Positions 24,166 through 33,344 of a DNA stretch of 53,705 nt are shown one piece after another. The notes beneath the pieces are model-generated. The model saw only the letters and a list, made by a program, of their open reading frames with translations, had not been told where the DNA came from and did not search any database. The translations under genes and the position numbers were made by a program. Source of the stretch: a virus (lineage: Duplodnaviria > Caudoviricetes); the IMG/VR virus record IMGVR_UViG_3300032116_014300, positions 1 to 53,705 of that record; one strand, given 5' to 3'. Position 1 is the stretch's first letter. Every line of letters starts with the position of its first letter.

Positions 24166-24344
24166 TAATGAATGAAAAACAATTGCAGTCTTTACTTAAA
24201 AAGACGCAAAAGAAATCAGAAGAAAATCTTGCTAAAAAACAAAGATTAGCAAACAAATTAGCACCAAAAGAACCAGTTGTAGAAGAAAATACGGAAGCAA
24301 CCGATATCTTTCGGGAAATGAAAAAACTTCCATTTAGTGAATAA
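24162..24344 (+). CDS. hypothetical protein
   Basis: ATGA overlap. Confidence 0.6.
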   Translation: MIMNEKQLQSLLKKTQKKSEENLAKKQRLANKLAPKEPVVEENTEATDIFREMKKLPFSE

Positions 24345-24485
24345 GTAAGCTTACAAGATCGCGATCACAACTTTAATTTAATAATACGTTATTCATACGT
24401 AGTTGTAAACGTATGTCTATATAAATGCGTCTTATAAAAGAAAAAGTACCAAAAAGAAAAGTTTAAAAACGTTATAAACAATATT

Positions 24486-24821
24486 ATGATAATATTAGAA
24501 AAGTTTGGTAAAGGTTGGAGAGATAAGTTTGAGGATAAGTTACAAACGTTATTCAGTAAACTTCCAGATATAACACTTAATAATATAGAACGTTATAAGG
24601 GAATGTTAAGAATTAATATTCAATCCCTTGACAAAGGTACGCAATACATAGTAGATTGTGTTACCTACGTCATAGAACGTGAATCGGTACGTACCTGTGA
24701 GTTATGTGGTGCATATGGATTCAGACGCCAACATGACGAGTGGATGCTAGAAACGAAGTGCCTATGTCTCCCGTGTTATACAATAGAAATTGATAACACA
24801 CTTTCTCAACAAAACAAGTAG
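24486..24821 (+). CDS. hypothetical protein with two CxxC pairs
   Basis: GKGW, ERYKGMLR, SVRTCELCG. Confidence 0.75.
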   Translation: MIILEKFGKGWRDKFEDKLQTLFSKLPDITLNNIERYKGMLRINIQSLDKGTQYIVDCVTYVIERESVRTCELCGAYGFRRQHDEWMLETKCLCLPCYTIEIDNTLSQQNK

Positions 24822-24832
24822 TAGAGGATTTT

Positions 24833-25069
24833 ATGTTTTACACAGAAGAAGATGTACAGCCAGTAGTTGACATGGCGACTGAATTGTTTGGTACGGTTGG
24901 TTCCATGTCTGCGGAAAAGAATGTATTGAAGAATATTGTTATTTTCAGTAAGCAGTATGGTAAGTTGTGGTATGGGGATATTGAAGATCAGATGGAAAAC
25001 ATTCATACTAAGTGTAATCAAATTGCACAAAAATTTAGTATTAGTGTAGAACCCATTAATGACGTATAA
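24833..25069 (+). CDS. hypothetical protein
   Basis: GAGG RBS; YGKLWYGD. Confidence 0.7.
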   Translation: MFYTEEDVQPVVDMATELFGTVGSMSAEKNVLKNIVIFSKQYGKLWYGDIEDQMENIHTKCNQIAQKFSISVEPINDV

Positions 25070-25079
25070 AAATTACCCC

Positions 25080-25108
25080 TTGACAACTCAGGTTGTATTA
25101 GTTACACT
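25080..25108 (+). promoter_or_regulatory. sigma70-type promoter
   Basis: TTGACA-17-TACACT. Confidence 0.75.
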
Positions 25109-25189
25109 ATAAAAGTGTCATGTGAAGCAAGGCACAGACATATTAAAATAATAGTCCTTGCAAAAAACTACTAACTGTAGAGGTTATGT

Positions 25190-25498
25190 ATGCACAACAC
25201 AAATTCAACAAAGCGTTTCACTGTTAAGACCTACACCCCGGCAGAGTTTGATCGTACCGCTAGCCGCATGCGGAGTTGGCTGTATAGTCTCGCCCGTCGG
25301 CGTTCAACTGGTACCGTGACTGCTGATGACGTTCACACCTATCTCGACCGTGAAGGTGTCCGTCCACAGCAGGTTCGTACCCGCCTCTCGTTCATCAATT
25401 CAGTTCTTCGTGAACCGAATTTTGATCGTGCCGGTGTAACGAATTCGACCCGTCCAGCAGCACGTGGTCGTGCCATCACGGAGTGGACGATTGCATAA
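25190..25498 (+). CDS. basic, possibly winged-helix DNA-binding protein
   Basis: GAGG RBS, own promoter and terminator; Arg-rich; TVTADDV. Confidence 0.75.
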   Translation: MHNTNSTKRFTVKTYTPAEFDRTASRMRSWLYSLARRRSTGTVTADDVHTYLDREGVRPQQVRTRLSFINSVLREPNFDRAGVTNSTRPAARGRAITEWTIA

Positions 25499-25538
25499 GT
25501 AAAATGTTGTTTTAAAAAACAACTATAATACTTATCAG

Positions 25539-25580
25539 AATAGAAATGGGGAGTTATATCCTCATTTCTATTTTGTCTTT
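25539..25580 (+). terminator. intrinsic terminator
   Basis: AATAGAAATGGGGA/TCCTCATTTCTATT hairpin followed by T-rich tail. Confidence 0.6.
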
Positions 25581-25583
25581 TGT

Positions 25584-26066
25584 ATGAGGATGCACATGAA
25601 CGAATGTGATCAATTAGAAAAAGAAATAAACAAGTTAAAGTATGAATTATCAGTGGTAATTCCCAACGATATACAAACATCTATTCAACTGGGAGACTTA
25701 TCAGAGAATTCAGAGTTTTGCGAAGTACTGTCTAGGCAATATGTTGCAAATATTAGGTTATCTCAACTTACGCAACGATTGAGTGTTTGCAAAGAATTTA
25801 CGGCACATGCAATTATACCTGATGTAGTAAACATCGGATCGTTGGTGCGTGTTAGTTGTAAAGAAACCAAAAAGAAAAATGTGTTTAAATTGATAATATC
25901 GGAATTGTCCGACGTACAGTCTGATAAGTTTAGTGAAATCACGTTGCAGTCGCCATTAGGTAAAGCCTTAAAAGGTAGAAAAGTAAAAGATGAAGTATTT
26001 GTGTTTCTGCCTACGGGAAAAGTAACTTATAAAATCTTGGATATATTAACTATGGATGATTTATAA
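25584..26066 (+). CDS. greA: transcription elongation factor GreA-like
   Basis: GDLSENSEF, VNIGSLV, ITLQSPLGKALKG. Confidence 0.9.
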   Translation: MRMHMNECDQLEKEINKLKYELSVVIPNDIQTSIQLGDLSENSEFCEVLSRQYVANIRLSQLTQRLSVCKEFTAHAIIPDVVNIGSLVRVSCKETKKKNVFKLIISELSDVQSDKFSEITLQSPLGKALKGRKVKDEVFVFLPTGKVTYKILDILTMDDL

Positions 26067-26071
26067 CTTAC

Positions 26072-26100
26072 TTGACTTTTTCGTTTCGGATATGTATATT
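26072..26100 (+). promoter_or_regulatory. sigma70-type promoter upstream of small gene and tmRNA
   Basis: TTGACT-17-TATATT. Confidence 0.7.
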
Positions 26101-26127
26101 TAGACAACATAGTGGAGGATAACGGTT

Positions 26128-26346
26128 ATGTACAAGCAGTCAACAAATAAACAGTATATGTTAGTAGATTTAGGACCGTCCACGATAATAATGTTGGCAG
26201 AGTTAATTCTCATAACATTAAAGTTGATGAATCAAATTAGTTACTCATGGACGTTAGTATTATCTCCTATTATACTGGTTATTCTAGGTGCCTCTATCAT
26301 TTTGTTTTTTACATTAATAAAAGTTATTAAAGATAATTTGTTTTAG
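26128..26346 (+). CDS. small membrane protein
   Basis: LKLMNQISYSWTLVLSPI; GGAGG RBS. Confidence 0.7.
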   Translation: MYKQSTNKQYMLVDLGPSTIIMLAELILITLKLMNQISYSWTLVLSPIILVILGASIILFFTLIKVIKDNLF

Positions 26347-26683
26347 GGCGTGTCATGGTTTCGACGGGGTGTGGGTGATTAAGTTTTGTACCCAGTTTGG
26401 TAAAACTGGTAAAACAGACCAAATAAATCTAACTGGCAACTATAATTTAGCCCTCGCTGCTTAATTGCAGCCTGATGACTTAATCTGACCGACCACATAG
26501 GGTTAATTCATTCATTAATGTGGTCTAGCCTTGCTAGGAACCGTATTCAAGGTGATTTTTCGGTTCTATATCTACTCAAGTTTGTTCCTCAACGACAAGT
26601 AGATGAAAATTTATAAGGAACTACGTACATAAACCCTTAATAGGAAGCAAGACCGGACGCGGGTTCGACTCCCGCCACGTCCA
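26346..26683 (+). ncRNA. ssrA: tmRNA
   Basis: 5' GGGCGTGTCATGGTTTCGACGGG, 3' GCGGGTTCGACTCCCGCCACGTCCA with G3:U70; tag frame GNYNLALAA*. Confidence 0.95.
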
Positions 26684-26720
26684 TTCAACGGTTGGTGTTT
26701 ACATTCTATCGGAGTGAGCA

Positions 26721-26984
26721 ATGTATGAGGAAATTAAACACTACCTTAAGAGCATATTTGGAACAGATTCAGAAAAAGAATATATTGAGTCCGAAAGTGT
26801 GAAAGTTATGCAGTTGATTACAGAAGCAAAAACGTTGGCGCAATTGTTTAACGCACGTGCTCGACTAATAGAATTAAATGAAACGGTGAAACAAATAGAT
26901 TCACCTAGTTGGGCAAAAAACAAAGTAAAATTTCTGGAAGCTCGTTGGAATAAACAATATAGACTTTGGAAAGCACGAGGATAA
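26721..26984 (+). CDS. hypothetical protein
   Basis: GGAG RBS; 87 aa. Confidence 0.7.
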   Translation: MYEEIKHYLKSIFGTDSEKEYIESESVKVMQLITEAKTLAQLFNARARLIELNETVKQIDSPSWAKNKVKFLEARWNKQYRLWKARG

Positions 26985-26985
26985 C

Positions 26986-27405
26986 ATGGCACTAAAGCGT
27001 AGAATCAAAAAGTTGACTAAATCAGAAATTCGTAAGGTTGGCGGCCGTCAGTATTTGATTTGTAGCGAATGTGGAAATGAAGATGTAGAAGTTCCAAGTG
27101 ATATTAGTCGTGTTACCTGCGCAACATGTGTTCAAAAAATGATTGCGCCACCTGTGGGTTATAAAAAGGATCCTTCTACCGCCACTCCTAGACCACGGGG
27201 TTGGCATTTCAAGGAATATTTTGAACATGAAGGAGTTGTATATTCTAAGGGTAAGGAAGTTACTGATCCCGAGCAAATTGCGCAGTTGAAAAAAGCATCT
27301 AAAAAGACAAAAACTATAGTCAAGGAAACCAAAGTGGTAAAACCAAAAAAAGTTTCCAAGACTAAAGTAAAAAGAGGACGTAAGAGTGCTCGTACTGCCA
27401 AGTAA
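26986..27405 (+). CDS. zinc-ribbon protein with Lys-rich tail
   Basis: CSEC..CATC; PRGWHF. Confidence 0.75.
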   Translation: MALKRRIKKLTKSEIRKVGGRQYLICSECGNEDVEVPSDISRVTCATCVQKMIAPPVGYKKDPSTATPRPRGWHFKEYFEHEGVVYSKGKEVTDPEQIAQLKKASKKTKTIVKETKVVKPKKVSKTKVKRGRKSARTAK

Positions 27406-27703
27406 GTCCGCAGTTGTTTGGGATAGATTTTTAACTGAAAATAAAGTCTTGGTATACAAGTATATTGTCCGTGAAATTAAACGTTGCTTGTACGATGAAA
27501 ACGAACGGGTATATTTATTCAAATTTGAAGATGATACCATGTTTGCTTGGGTACCGAAAGATAAATTACTTCAAACGTTGGAAGATGCGTTTAACATATT
27601 TGTGAAAGCAGAAGAATATGAATACGCACAAAAAACAAAAAATGTTATGAACCAATATCATGTTTATAAATTGATTAAAGAATCTACTAAATTAGAGGAT
27701 TGA
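27386..27703 (+). CDS. hypothetical protein with UVR-like C-terminus
   Basis: EEYEYAQK. Confidence 0.7.
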   Translation: MLVLPSKSAVVWDRFLTENKVLVYKYIVREIKRCLYDENERVYLFKFEDDTMFAWVPKDKLLQTLEDAFNIFVKAEEYEYAQKTKNVMNQYHVYKLIKESTKLED

Positions 27704-27706
27704 TTT

Positions 27707-28234
27707 ATGGAGTTTGAAACAACACGGTGCGTTGTTCTCAATTCTACATACGAACCAATATCTATTATAACATCAAAACGTGCGTTACTCTTGATTTTAG
27801 AAGGAAAGGCGGTTATTGTTGAAGAACATCCACATTTGGAAGTACGTTCTCCGAGACAAACATTTAAAGTACCAATTATCGTCGCATTAAAAATGTTTGT
27901 TCGGGGAAGAAAAATCTTCAGAACATCTGCCGCACTAAGTCAACGTAATCTGTTTATACGAGACAACTATACATGTCAGTATTGTAATAGAACGAAGTCG
28001 CAACTACGTAGTAACGAGTTTTTAACACGTGACCACGTAATGCCCGAATGTAGAGGAGGAAAGTCCACATGGGACAATTTGGTTACGGCATGTTCTACTT
28101 GTAATAATAAGAAAGCAGATAGTTTGTTGGAAGATACAAATCTTGTGTTAGCCAAGAAGCCTGTTACACCTACATTGTTTGAATTGTGGATGAAAAATAG
28201 TCAAAAGAAATTATCTATGTATCAACTGTCTTAA
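27707..28234 (+). CDS. HNH endonuclease family protein
   Basis: VLNSTYEP, RDNYTCQYC, TRDHV, WDNLVTACSTCNNKK. Confidence 0.92.
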   Translation: MEFETTRCVVLNSTYEPISIITSKRALLLILEGKAVIVEEHPHLEVRSPRQTFKVPIIVALKMFVRGRKIFRTSAALSQRNLFIRDNYTCQYCNRTKSQLRSNEFLTRDHVMPECRGGKSTWDNLVTACSTCNNKKADSLLEDTNLVLAKKPVTPTLFELWMKNSQKKLSMYQLS

Positions 28235-28256
28235 ACTCTAAAAAAAGGTTATTAAA

Positions 28257-28892
28257 ATGTTTACTATCGAAAATTCTGAAGAAAAGATTGAACAGAATTA
28301 CATCAAGTTCATGGAGTACATTGACGCAGACCCACGGGCGGAACAACTGAGAGCAATGTACGATGTCATGAAAGACGAACTGACGTTGGCTCCTGCTTCT
28401 GGAAAGGCACATTTCCATAATGCTTGGCCGGGTGGATACCTTGATCACGTACTTCGTGTTACGGAAACTGCCTTGAAGATGGCATCACTGTATAAGACCC
28501 TTGACGGCGATGTCAATTTCACGAAGCAGGAACTGGTTTTTGCTGCACTTCACCATGATCTTGGAAAGTTGGGTAATCCTGACGAGGGGCCGCATTACGT
28601 GGATCAAGATTCGGATTGGCATCGTAAACGGGGTGAGATGTATAAGTTGAATGACAACGTACAGTATTTTAAGGTGACAGATCGGGCACTCTTCCTCCTC
28701 CAGAAGTTTAATATTCAGATTACACAGAATGAATGGCTCGGTATTAAGTTGTCCGATGGTCTATATGACGAGGGAACAAAGAGTTACCTTATTAATTTTG
28801 CCCCGTATGCAATGAAAACGAATCTACCCCGTATTATTCACTGGGCTGACCATATGGCGTGTTCGGTGGAAAACGATAAGACACGTTTTTAA
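28257..28892 (+). CDS. HD-domain phosphohydrolase
   Basis: FHNAWPGGYLDH, LHHDLGK, HWAD. Confidence 0.9.
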   Translation: MFTIENSEEKIEQNYIKFMEYIDADPRAEQLRAMYDVMKDELTLAPASGKAHFHNAWPGGYLDHVLRVTETALKMASLYKTLDGDVNFTKQELVFAALHHDLGKLGNPDEGPHYVDQDSDWHRKRGEMYKLNDNVQYFKVTDRALFLLQKFNIQITQNEWLGIKLSDGLYDEGTKSYLINFAPYAMKTNLPRIIHWADHMACSVENDKTRF

Positions 28893-28982
28893 TAATACAA
28901 CATATTTATCTTAGGGACGCCTTCGGGGTTCCTATCCCGTTATCCAATAGTGGAAACGGAAACTTATAAAAAGGAGAAGTAT

Positions 28983-29483
28983 ATGACAAAGTGGACAGTA
29001 CAGCGAGTACCAAAATCGGTTATTGAGAAGGAAATTGAGTTCAATCGTGATAATTTGTTAAACACGTTTGACAGGTTTTTTGATGAGGCTTTCCGGGGAC
29101 AATTCCCAGATGTATACAAAAATTTTGGAATTGAACCATTCAGTAAGGCAGCATATCCAAAGGTTAACGTGTTGTCGTTTGACGATAAAGTTGAAATTGA
29201 AGCAGAAATTGCAGGATATAACAAGGAGGACATCTCAATTCAGATTGAGGACGATGTTCTAAGTATTGTTGGAAAGACTGCACAGCAGGGTGAGCAAACT
29301 GATAAATCTGTTTATCTACTTCGTGAATTGAAGCGTAGCTCGTTCAGTCGTTCATTTAGACTCACTGATCAGCTGGATCCAGATAAGGTCGAAGCAGCTT
29401 TCAACAATGGGTTACTTCATATTACTATTCCACGTAAAGTTCAAACTAAGGAGAACAAAGCGAAGACTGTGGTAATCAAGTAA
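28983..29483 (+). CDS. small heat-shock protein Hsp20
   Basis: YPKVNV, FSRSF, AAFNNGLLHITIP; AGGAG RBS. Confidence 0.95.
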   Translation: MTKWTVQRVPKSVIEKEIEFNRDNLLNTFDRFFDEAFRGQFPDVYKNFGIEPFSKAAYPKVNVLSFDDKVEIEAEIAGYNKEDISIQIEDDVLSIVGKTAQQGEQTDKSVYLLRELKRSSFSRSFRLTDQLDPDKVEAAFNNGLLHITIPRKVQTKENKAKTVVIK

Positions 29484-29510
29484 TTAAAACTTAAAAAATG
29501 GAGGTCTAGT

Positions 29511-29567
29511 ATGTGTGGATGTAATGATTGTAATTGCGGTTGTTCCACCATTAACATAACTTACTAA
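29511..29567 (+). CDS. candidate 18 aa Cys-rich micropeptide MCGCNDCNCGCSTINITY
   Basis: GGAGG RBS 6 nt upstream of ATG. Confidence 0.45.
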   Translation: MCGCNDCNCGCSTINITY

Positions 29568-29628
29568 CGAGGGGGTGATCCTTCAAAAGTTATGTTCAAC
29601 TAGTAACCCTTATTACTATGGAGAATCA

Positions 29629-29664
29629 GCACGACTAGGGAGCACAAGTTCTCTAGTCGTGTTT
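29629..29664 (+). terminator. hairpin, putative terminator
   Basis: ACGACTAGGGAG/TTCTCTAGTCGT. Confidence 0.5.
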
Positions 29665-29678
29665 CGCTTGAGACATAT

Positions 29679-30719
29679 ATGAATACACGAAAATCGTTAA
29701 TAACCATCACATCACTTACCGCAACATTTGTCGCACTCTGTGCCGCAATATTTTCCGTCACGGGTATTGCCAAATTGTTCGCAGGTGCTGCATTGAGTGC
29801 GGGTGTAATGGCAGCAGCATTGGAACTGGGAAAGATTGTCAGTATTTCGTTCTTATATCAATACTGGAAAGAAATCCCAAAAACACTTAAATACTATTTG
29901 TCGGTTGCTGCGGTAATATTAATGGTTATTACGTCTGCTGGTATCTACGGATACCTTTCATCTGCCTATGCAAAGGTGTCTGCAACTCCATTAGCGTTGA
30001 ATGCAGACATCCAAACAGTTCAAGGAAGAGTGGGTAGTCTAGAACAAGATATTAAACGTAAAGAAGATCGTCTTAATCAATTAATAACATTACGATCTCA
30101 ACAAGAAACCCGTTTGGATAATATGGTATCTAAGTCCACAACAGGAAACAGTTCGACTATTCGTACGGCACAAAACGCATTAAATCAAGCAGACAGAAAT
30201 GTTACGGCATTACAAAAAGAAATCTCTAACCTTTCAGCACAGCGAGATAGCCTCAATGGAATCAGTATTAGCAAACGTGTGGAAATTGAAACAAACGGTG
30301 ATGTTGGCACTTTCATCTATATTGCAAAAGTACTGGGCACTGACCTTGATACGGTGGTCAAATGGTTCACGCTCGTCATTGTATTAGTTTTTGATCCGTT
30401 AGCGGTAGCATTAGTAATTGCAGTTAATTTTCTCATAAAAAATGCAACCCTCGTGTCTAGTAAACCTTCATATAAAATACAAAATGATAATACCGAAGTG
30501 TTTACCGTAGAAGATACCGAGCCATATGAAATGTATTATAAAGAAAATAATATAGATGAAAATGTTATAGAAATGGAAAGTTTACATCTAGCCCAAGAGG
30601 CAGCAGATCCTCAATATTATGCTAGAGGTGATTTTGACTGGTCTAATGAACTTATGTGGAAATACAACCCAAAAGCAATAGAATATTATAACAGAGAAAT
30701 TCTTCCAAGAAAACAGTAA
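29679..30719 (+). CDS. multi-TM plus coiled-coil phage membrane protein
   Basis: LELGK, ITSAGIYGYLS, VFDPLAV. Confidence 0.85.
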   Translation: MNTRKSLITITSLTATFVALCAAIFSVTGIAKLFAGAALSAGVMAAALELGKIVSISFLYQYWKEIPKTLKYYLSVAAVILMVITSAGIYGYLSSAYAKVSATPLALNADIQTVQGRVGSLEQDIKRKEDRLNQLITLRSQQETRLDNMVSKSTTGNSSTIRTAQNALNQADRNVTALQKEISNLSAQRDSLNGISISKRVEIETNGDVGTFIYIAKVLGTDLDTVVKWFTLVIVLVFDPLAVALVIAVNFLIKNATLVSSKPSYKIQNDNTEVFTVEDTEPYEMYYKENNIDENVIEMESLHLAQEAADPQYYARGDFDWSNELMWKYNPKAIEYYNREILPRKQ

Positions 30720-30723
30720 ACTA

Positions 30724-30752
30724 TTGACAAACTATCAGTAATAGGTTAGATT
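30724..30752 (+). promoter_or_regulatory. sigma70-type promoter
   Basis: TTGACA-17-TAGATT. Confidence 0.7.
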
Positions 30753-30780
30753 TATTGTATCTCAACAAACGGTTATATAT

Positions 30781-31680
30781 ATGCCACATAATGTTGGTTA
30801 TTGTTGTATTAACATGACGTTGAACAAACAAAAAATTACTACTGGGCGTGGTATGATTCAACGTACCTTCAAAGAAAAGGGGTTGAACTATGCGTCTGAA
30901 CTTGCCCTTGCTAATGCACGTGATCTTGTAAAAATCTTACAATGGAATGCCGATAATAACATCACGGTATTCCGAATGGGGTCGGGTATTTTCCCGTGGG
31001 GTACGGAGTATGATCTGTACGACCTTCCGCACATCAACGAAATTGCACGAACACTGGCAAATGCCGGTATTCTTGCCACATCCACAAAGCAACGTGTCAC
31101 GGCACACCCTGATCACTTTGTCAAATTGGGATCGGAAAAGGAATCCGTTGTACTTAATTCTATCAAAGATTTAGAACTACATTCTAAAGTTTTTGATATG
31201 ATGGGACTGAGCAATACACCATACAACGCACTCAATATCCATGTCGGTATGAATTTTTCTCAAGACACGGCGTACCGATGGATTGCAAATTATCATAGAC
31301 TGTCTAAAAACTGTCAATCACGGTTGGTAGTAGAAAATGACGACAAAGAGAAGGCATTTTCTGTACGCCAACTCTATCATTATTTACACAACGTAATTAA
31401 TATTCCAATTACATTTGATTATTTCCATCATCAATTTCATCCTGATGGATGGGATTCAAAAGATGCTGCTAAAATAGCAGCAGGTACATGGCCAGAAGGA
31501 ATTAAACCACTTTTCCATTACAGCGAGAGTAAAAATATCAATGAGAACGTATCGGGAAATCCTCGGGCACATGCTGATTATGTGTTTAATGTACTTGATG
31601 ATTACGGTCTTGACATAGACGTTGATCTAGAAGCAAAAGCAAAAGAACTTGCCCTCTTCAAATACAGGAGTTTAACGTGA
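30781..31680 (+). CDS. uvsE: UV-damage endonuclease
   Basis: GYCCIN, HPDHFV, NIHVG, LVVENDDK, HYSES, AHAD, EAKAKE. Confidence 0.93.
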   Translation: MPHNVGYCCINMTLNKQKITTGRGMIQRTFKEKGLNYASELALANARDLVKILQWNADNNITVFRMGSGIFPWGTEYDLYDLPHINEIARTLANAGILATSTKQRVTAHPDHFVKLGSEKESVVLNSIKDLELHSKVFDMMGLSNTPYNALNIHVGMNFSQDTAYRWIANYHRLSKNCQSRLVVENDDKEKAFSVRQLYHYLHNVINIPITFDYFHHQFHPDGWDSKDAAKIAAGTWPEGIKPLFHYSESKNINENVSGNPRAHADYVFNVLDDYGLDIDVDLEAKAKELALFKYRSLT

Positions 31681-32306
31681 TGATTAGTTTCGCCGTAACT
31701 ACACATAACGAAGGACAGTATATTCAAGATCTATTGGATCAACTGGTACCATATTGTGAAAAAACAGGTGATGAAATTGTCGTAGTAGACGATAATTCTA
31801 CAGATCCATTTACTGTAAATGTTTTAGAGGGATATGAACGTTCCAATTCTATTAAGTTGCACAACCATGCACTGAATAATAATTTTGCGGCACATAAAAA
31901 CTTTTTGGCAGAACAATGTAAAGGTGATTATATTTTTCAAGTAGATGCTGACGAAACATTTCATCCCAACCTTTTAACCTATCTTCACGACATTGTTGAC
32001 AACAATACCAATATTGATCTGTTTCTTATTCCTCGTGTTAATGTGGTCAATGGACTAGTAGACGAAGATATCAAACGTTGGCGATGGCAGGTAAACGAAC
32101 ACGGGTGGGTCATGTTCCCAGATTATCAAACTCGTTTGTATAAGAGCCACGTTGATATTCGTTGGGAAGGGGTAGTTCACGAACGTATTGTCGGGTTCAA
32201 AACAATGGCCCCGCTCCCAGCCGAAGAAGAATGGTCGTTATATCACATTAAAGATATTGATCGGCAACGTAAACAGAACGATTATTACGCAACTATTCAG
32301 AGGTAA
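31677..32306 (+). CDS. glycosyltransferase family 2
   Basis: VVVDDNSTD, VDADE, VHE. Confidence 0.9.
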   Translation: MMISFAVTTHNEGQYIQDLLDQLVPYCEKTGDEIVVVDDNSTDPFTVNVLEGYERSNSIKLHNHALNNNFAAHKNFLAEQCKGDYIFQVDADETFHPNLLTYLHDIVDNNTNIDLFLIPRVNVVNGLVDEDIKRWRWQVNEHGWVMFPDYQTRLYKSHVDIRWEGVVHERIVGFKTMAPLPAEEEWSLYHIKDIDRQRKQNDYYATIQR

Positions 32307-32308
32307 TC

Positions 32309-33337
32309 ATGAGAGGACAAGCATTAACATATGACGATATTACACTCATACCACGATATAGTGAAATTGAAAGCCGTCAAAAAATTGACCTTACAACTCA
32401 ATTAACAACTAATTATAGTATTGGGGTTCCGTTGATTGCTTCTCCAATGGATACTGTGTGTGATTCCGAAATGGCTATTGCTATGGCAGAATTGGGTGGC
32501 GTGGGATGTATTCATCGTTTCAATACTATTACGGAACAGATGAATGAAGTTATGTTAGTGACGAAAAAACTACATACTTTTTTTCTGATGCAATCCCAAG
32601 TAATTCCCGTTATGGCGGCAATCGGAGCAAATGGTGATTATTTAGAACGGGCACACGCCCTTGTTTCTGCTGGAGCAAACGTTATATTAATTGACGTAGC
32701 ACACGGACATCACAAATTTGTTAAAGAAGCAATCAACACGTTAAAATATCAGTTACCGTCACACGTAGATATTATTGCTGGAAATGTTGCAACTGCCCAC
32801 GCCGCAGCAGATCTTGTTGAGTGGGGGGCAGACGCAATTCGGGTGGGGATTGGTGGAGGATCGCTGTGTACCACTCGGATCAAAACAGGGTTTGGTGTCC
32901 CAAATGTTATGTCATTAGAACGTTGCGCCAGTGAGGTTACGGTTCCAATCATTGCGTGTGGTGGTATTCGGAACAGTGGAGACATTGCAAAGGCATTAGC
33001 AGTTGGCGCAAGTTCGGTTATTCTGGGATCACTTCTTGCAGGAACCAAAGAAGCGCCTGGAGCAATCATTGAGAAGTCAAATGGGTTATATAAGAGATAT
33101 CGTGGGGCTGCTTCATTGGAGACGAAGACGGTTCACGGTCAAGCTACTCGAAATGTGGAAGGCGAGTCTACTATCGTTCCGTTCAAGGGTAGCGTGAAAT
33201 TCGTTGTGGAGGGGTTGTTGGATGGCTTGCGGTCTGCATTATCCTATGCCGGAGCAAACAATCTAACGGAGTTCAATCCAGACTATGTACAAGTCACAAA
33301 CGCCGGAATGAACGAGGCCCGTCCCCACCTTCTGTGA
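32309..33337 (+). CDS. IMP dehydrogenase / GMP reductase family (no CBS domain)
   Basis: PMDTV, IDVAHGH, IAGNVAT, GIGGGSLCTTR. Confidence 0.92.
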   Translation: MRGQALTYDDITLIPRYSEIESRQKIDLTTQLTTNYSIGVPLIASPMDTVCDSEMAIAMAELGGVGCIHRFNTITEQMNEVMLVTKKLHTFFLMQSQVIPVMAAIGANGDYLERAHALVSAGANVILIDVAHGHHKFVKEAINTLKYQLPSHVDIIAGNVATAHAAADLVEWGADAIRVGIGGGSLCTTRIKTGFGVPNVMSLERCASEVTVPIIACGGIRNSGDIAKALAVGASSVILGSLLAGTKEAPGAIIEKSNGLYKRYRGAASLETKTVHGQATRNVEGESTIVPFKGSVKFVVEGLLDGLRSALSYAGANNLTEFNPDYVQVTNAGMNEARPHLL

Positions 33338-33344
33338 GGAATTT

